This document shows, in pieces, positions 60,353-64,000 of a stretch of DNA of 64,000 nucleotides; position 1 is the stretch's first letter, and the number at the start of each line of letters is the position of its first letter. Position numbers and translations under genes: made by a program. The notes beneath the pieces are model-generated. The model searched no databases. It was not told the origin of the DNA and saw only the letters and a list, made by a program, of their open reading frames with translations. Source of the stretch: Myxococcota bacterium (GTDB lineage: Bacteria > Myxococcota_A > UBA9160 > UBA6930); NCBI GenBank assembly GCA_965223705.1, contig OZ245015.1, positions 1,056,001 through 1,120,000 on the forward strand. The letters run 5' to 3'.

Positions 60353-61237
60353 ATGTCGCATCTGGCGGGGGAGGACCCGGCGCTTCAGCTCGCTCTGTGG
60401 CTGGCTTCGCTGGCCTTCGTGTTCGGCTTGACCCTCGGATCCTTTCTCAACGTCGTGATCCATCGCTGGCCACGGGGTGAGTCCGTCGTGCACCCGCGGT
60501 CGCGTTGCCCCCACTGCGGTCATGCGATCGCCGCGTGGGAGAATATTCCGGTCGTCTCCTACCTCTTGTTGCGCGGACGCTGTCGCGGTTGCGGCGAACG
60601 CATCTCGCCTCGCTATCCACTGCTCGAGCTCGCGACAGGTCTGCTCTTCGCCGGAGTCACCTGGCGCTACGGTTTGTCGTTCATGACGCCGCTCTTCCTG
60701 GCGTTCGTCGCGGCGTTGCTGACCGCCGGTGCGATCGACTTCGACGAGCAGATCATTCCCGATGAGATCTCGCTCGGCGGCTTGGCGTTCGGACTCGCTG
60801 CGGTTCCCATTGCTCAAGCGCTCGACGGCGGATCGTGGGTCTTCGGGTTGCAGCGCGCGTTCTTCGGCGCGGCTCTCGGGAGCGGCTTGTTGTGGGCGGT
60901 CGGTTTTTTCCACGCCCGCTACTGCGCGGCCCGCGGACGCCGCTTCGACCACTGGCCCGAAGGGGACGATCCGTTTCCGACGCCGCGCGAGGCCGATTAT
61001 TGGCTCTGGTTTCCGGGGCTGGGTCTCGGCGACGTCAAGCTCCTCGCGATGATCGGCGCTTTCTTGGGCCCCGTCGGCGTCGTCTACACCATCCTGCTTT
61101 CCGCTGTCGCCGGCCTGGTCTTCGGCCTCGTTGCGGCGTGGATCACGAAATCGTGGGACACACCGTTTGGCTTCGGGCCCGCCATCGCCGGCGGCGCGAT
61201 TCTCTGCTTGCTACTCCCCGAGATCGCGCGCTTTTAG
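60353..61237 (+). CDS. pilD: Prepilin peptidase / N-methyltransferase
   Basis: GSFLNVVIHR, SRCPHC, GRCRGC, AID, GLGDVKL, FGPAI. Confidence 0.93.
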   Translation: MSHLAGEDPALQLALWLASLAFVFGLTLGSFLNVVIHRWPRGESVVHPRSRCPHCGHAIAAWENIPVVSYLLLRGRCRGCGERISPRYPLLELATGLLFAGVTWRYGLSFMTPLFLAFVAALLTAGAIDFDEQIIPDEISLGGLAFGLAAVPIAQALDGGSWVFGLQRAFFGAALGSGLLWAVGFFHARYCAARGRRFDHWPEGDDPFPTPREADYWLWFPGLGLGDVKLLAMIGAFLGPVGVVYTILLSAVAGLVFGLVAAWITKSWDTPFGFGPAIAGGAILCLLLPEIARF

Positions 61238-61267
61238 CCCCACGAGAAAGCCGCCGATAAGCCGGTG

Positions 61268-62341
61268 ATGAAGTCTTCGGCCCCGCGCCACCGCTTTGTT
61301 CCGGCCCTCGAAGGTCTGCGGGGCGTCGCGGTCCTCCTCGTCGTCGCGTTTCACGCGGGGACTCCGTGGATGCCGGGCGGCTTTGTCGGCGTCGAAGTGT
61401 TCTTCGTGCTGAGCGGCTTTCTCATCACGACGATCTTGCTGCGCGAGATCGATGCCACGGGTGGGCTTTCGCTACTCCCGTTCTACCTTCGTCGCGCGTG
61501 GCGGCTACTGCCCGCCCTCGTGCTCTTGCTCGGCTGCATCCTCGCCCTTTGGCTCCTCCTGGGAGAATGGCAGGAGTTCGCGACGTCCGCCGAGGGAGCG
61601 GTAGCCGCGCTCTTTTACTTCACGAACTGGGCCGACCTCTTCGGTTGGCAGACGGGATTTTTCTCGCACACGTGGTCGCTCTCGATCGAAGAGCAGTTCT
61701 ATCTCGTTTGGCCTCTCGTGTTGCTCGCGATCGTCCGTCGCACGGGTCGGTACGCAATGTGGGCGGTCGCCGCGCTCGCGCTGGCACTCTGGGTGCGCAA
61801 CGCGCTCCTCGCGCCTCACGTCGATCCGATTGCGCTCTACCTGGGAACGTTCAGCCGCGCGCCGGCTCTCCTGGCAGGCGCCGTGTTGGGCATCGCCTAC
61901 CTGCGGTATCCCGCTGTCGTGGACCGCGGAGCCCGTGCTGCGGGCGGAGCCTCTGCCGGGCTCGCAGCGGCGGGGATCGGCCTCGCTTCACTGGTCGCCT
62001 CCCCCCAGCAACCATTGATGTACGTCGTCGGCTTCCCGCTCGTCGGTCTGGCATCCGTCGTCCTGATCGCGGCGTCGCTCGGCTCCGAAAGCACCGCACT
62101 TCACCGCGCGCTCGGCTCGTGGGCGCTCCGGTACGTCGGTCGCATTTCGTACGGGCTCTACCTCTGGCACTACCCGGTCTTTCTGCTGCTCAATCCCTCT
62201 CCGTGGTGGATCAAGCTCACACTCGGCACGGCGGTCTCGATGGCCATCGCGGCGCTCTCTTTTCACCACCTCGAACGTCCGCTCCTCGAGCGACACAACA
62301 AGCGCGACGATCGCGTTCACGGGGTGCCGGCACCCGCCTAG
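61268..62341 (+). CDS. Acyltransferase family 3 (OafA-like O-acyltransferase, no SGNH domain)
   Basis: LEGLRGVAV.LV..FH, GV.VFFVLSGFLI, RR..RLLP, HTWSLSIEEQFY, SYGLYLWHYP. Confidence 0.9.
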   Translation: MKSSAPRHRFVPALEGLRGVAVLLVVAFHAGTPWMPGGFVGVEVFFVLSGFLITTILLREIDATGGLSLLPFYLRRAWRLLPALVLLLGCILALWLLLGEWQEFATSAEGAVAALFYFTNWADLFGWQTGFFSHTWSLSIEEQFYLVWPLVLLAIVRRTGRYAMWAVAALALALWVRNALLAPHVDPIALYLGTFSRAPALLAGAVLGIAYLRYPAVVDRGARAAGGASAGLAAAGIGLASLVASPQQPLMYVVGFPLVGLASVVLIAASLGSESTALHRALGSWALRYVGRISYGLYLWHYPVFLLLNPSPWWIKLTLGTAVSMAIAALSFHHLERPLLERHNKRDDRVHGVPAPA

Positions 62342-62365
62342 GCTCGGATGCAGTAGCGTCCCCGC

Positions 62366-63208
62366 ATGGCACAAGGCGGCAACGAATCACAGATCGAGTC
62401 TTGGAACGATGCAGGCGAGGCATGGGCGCGTCAGCAAGAGCGCATCGACATTCAGATGGCGCCGCACGCCGAACACGGCCTGCGCGCCGCGAACGCGAAA
62501 CCGGGTGAGCGCGTCGCGGACGTGGGGTGCGGTTGCGGTACGTCGAGCCTCGCATTGGCGGAGCGGGTCGGCCCGGAAGGCGCCGTCGTCGGCGTCGACG
62601 TCTCGCGACCGATGCTCGAGTGCGCGCGTCGCAGGGCCGCCGGGCTCCCCAACGTCTCTTTTGTCGAAGGAGACGCACAAGTCTTCTCGCTACCCGAGCC
62701 GGTGGATCTCGTATTCTCGCGCTTCGGAGTGATGTTCTTTTCCGATCCCGCTGCCGCGTTCCGCAATCTGCACAGCTGGCTCCGGCCCGGCGGTCGGATG
62801 GTCTTCGTGGCGTGGCAGTCGCGCGAGAACAATCCCTGGATCGCCATCCCGGCGCGGGCGGCGGCGGATTTCGTTCCGCTACCCGAGCCTCCCCCGCCCG
62901 GCGCACCGGGGATGTTCAGCCTCGCGGACCCCGATCACGTGCAATCCCTGCTCGGTGGGGCCGGCTTTCGCGACATCGCGATCCAAGGAGAGAGCGTGCG
63001 GATTCGCCCTCGCGAAGGCTCCGCTGCAGAGGCCACGGCTCTCTTCATGGACATCGGGCCCGTACCGGGTGCGCTACGCGAGGCCGGGGCGGAGGCGTCC
63101 GTCCATCAGCAGGTCGCCGAACGGATGGAGGCGCTGTACGAGGACCAGCGAGGTCCCCGGGGGGTGGAGCTCGATTCCGCGATCTGGGTCGTCGAGGCTG
63201 CGGCGTAG
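62366..63208 (+). CDS. Class I SAM-dependent methyltransferase
   Basis: VADVGCGCG, GVDVS..ML, SRFGVMFF.DP. Confidence 0.9.
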   Translation: MAQGGNESQIESWNDAGEAWARQQERIDIQMAPHAEHGLRAANAKPGERVADVGCGCGTSSLALAERVGPEGAVVGVDVSRPMLECARRRAAGLPNVSFVEGDAQVFSLPEPVDLVFSRFGVMFFSDPAAAFRNLHSWLRPGGRMVFVAWQSRENNPWIAIPARAAADFVPLPEPPPPGAPGMFSLADPDHVQSLLGGAGFRDIAIQGESVRIRPREGSAAEATALFMDIGPVPGALREAGAEASVHQQVAERMEALYEDQRGPRGVELDSAIWVVEAAA

Positions 63209-63282
63209 TGGATCCCCGGGGAGGATTCGAACCTCCATTCGCAGGTTCAGAGCCTGCTGTCCTGCCGTTAGACGACCGGGGA
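63209..63282 (-). tRNA. tRNA-Gln (CTG)
   Basis: Reverse complement TCCCCGG...GCAGG-CTCTGAA-CCTGC...GGTTCGAATCC...CCGGGGA-T-CCA. Confidence 0.96.
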
Positions 63283-63462
63283 CCAAGTAGTCACTGGTTT
63301 CGCTGTCTTACCCGAGGCCTTGGACTTCGACAAGTCATCCCGGCGAGAAGTACCGTCGCAGCCTGGTTCGTGCGCTGCGGCACCCCAGATGAACTGATAC
63401 GGTTTCCCCCCGGGCAGTTCCTGCGACTGCTCACACTTCTCTTCGACAGGACCGGTGTTCCG

Positions 63463-64000
63463 ATGAAGATCTCCGTCGATCAGCTCAGCGAGGAGCCCCG
63501 GAGCTACGCGTTCGACGCCGAGCCGGAATGGTGGGTCGAGCGAGAGACCGATCCGAGCCTCCGCGCGCTCATCACCGAACCCGTCGCCTACACCGTCACC
63601 GGCTCGAAAATCGGCGCTTCCGTCTACCTCGAGGGCAACACGGAGACGATGCTGACGCTCGCGTGCAGCCGGTGCCTCGAACGCTATCGTCACCCGCTCT
63701 CGGAAGGTTTTCGGTTAGTTTTGGAGCCGGCCGGCGACCGGGTGCCTGCGGATCCAGAGGGAGCCCGGCAACTGTCTGAGAACGGGTTATACGTTTCCGA
63801 CGAACTCGAGTACGGCTGGTTCGCGGGGCCCGAGCTGGTCCTCGACGATTACTTCGCCGAACTCGTGGCGCTGTGCGTACCGGTTCAGCCGGTTTGTCGG
63901 GAAGATTGTCTCGGGCTTTGCCCGGTTTGCGGAGTCGACCGTAACCGGAAGGCATGCTCGTGTGTAGAGACTCCTGTCCACCAGCCGTTCGCCGGACTAG
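63463..64000 (+). CDS. yceD: YceD/DUF177 protein, 3'-truncated by window edge
   Basis: MKISVDQL..., LACSRCLE, P.QPVCREDCLGLCPVCG.DRN..ACSC; absent from the ORF track because no stop lies in the window. Confidence 0.88.
   Translation, partial: MKISVDQLSEEPRSYAFDAEPEWWVERETDPSLRALITEPVAYTVTGSKIGASVYLEGNTETMLTLACSRCLERYRHPLSEGFRLVLEPAGDRVPADPEGARQLSENGLYVSDELEYGWFAGPELVLDDYFAELVALCVPVQPVCREDCLGLCPVCGVDRNRKACSCVETPVHQPFAGL

Noticed and set aside
55870..63282. Integrative element at tRNA-Gln or tRNA-Glu
   Set aside because: No integrase and no duplicated tRNA 3' end (att) seen; tRNA-Glu has its own promoter-like sequence
63283..63462. ncRNA between tRNA-Gln and yceD
   Set aside because: One hairpin only, with no SRP, 6S, tmRNA or riboswitch motif recognised; the space is adequately explained by divergent promoters

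Overview
High-GC bacterial chromosome segment whose gene content (tgl, pilA-G-H-I-D, short OPX plus beta-barrel, J-domain/DnaK paralogue) points to a Myxococcota-like deltaproteobacterium (inference). About 58 CDS, nearly all on the + strand, and two minus-strand tRNAs (Glu-CTC, Gln-CTG). In order: a polysaccharide export/biosynthesis locus (1-10.9 kb); a Crp / His kinase / sigma54 activator / TPR lipoprotein block; LysM(TsaP-like)-dprA-trmFO-xerC-hslVU; an arg operon (argB-argF...argG) interrupted by a four-gene J-domain / lid-less Hsp70 / TPR / pseudo-kinase module; DUF1329 plus YCF48-like proteins; acyl-CoA synthetase; diguanylate cyclase; aspS, mdh, sucCD; tgl-rodZ-recO-glyQS-ppdK; two tandem ECF sigma factors behind a sigma54 promoter; a kinase/exonuclease pair; and a type IV pilin cassette between the two tRNAs. 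No CRISPR, prophage or IS element is evident. The best leads are (i) the specialised Hsp70 module, (ii) four unrelated ~33-bp tandem triplications, each at a gene 3' end, (iii) the sigma54-to-ECF cascade and (iv) a strong TAG stop-codon bias. All calls rest on motif recognition by eye; no database searches were run.
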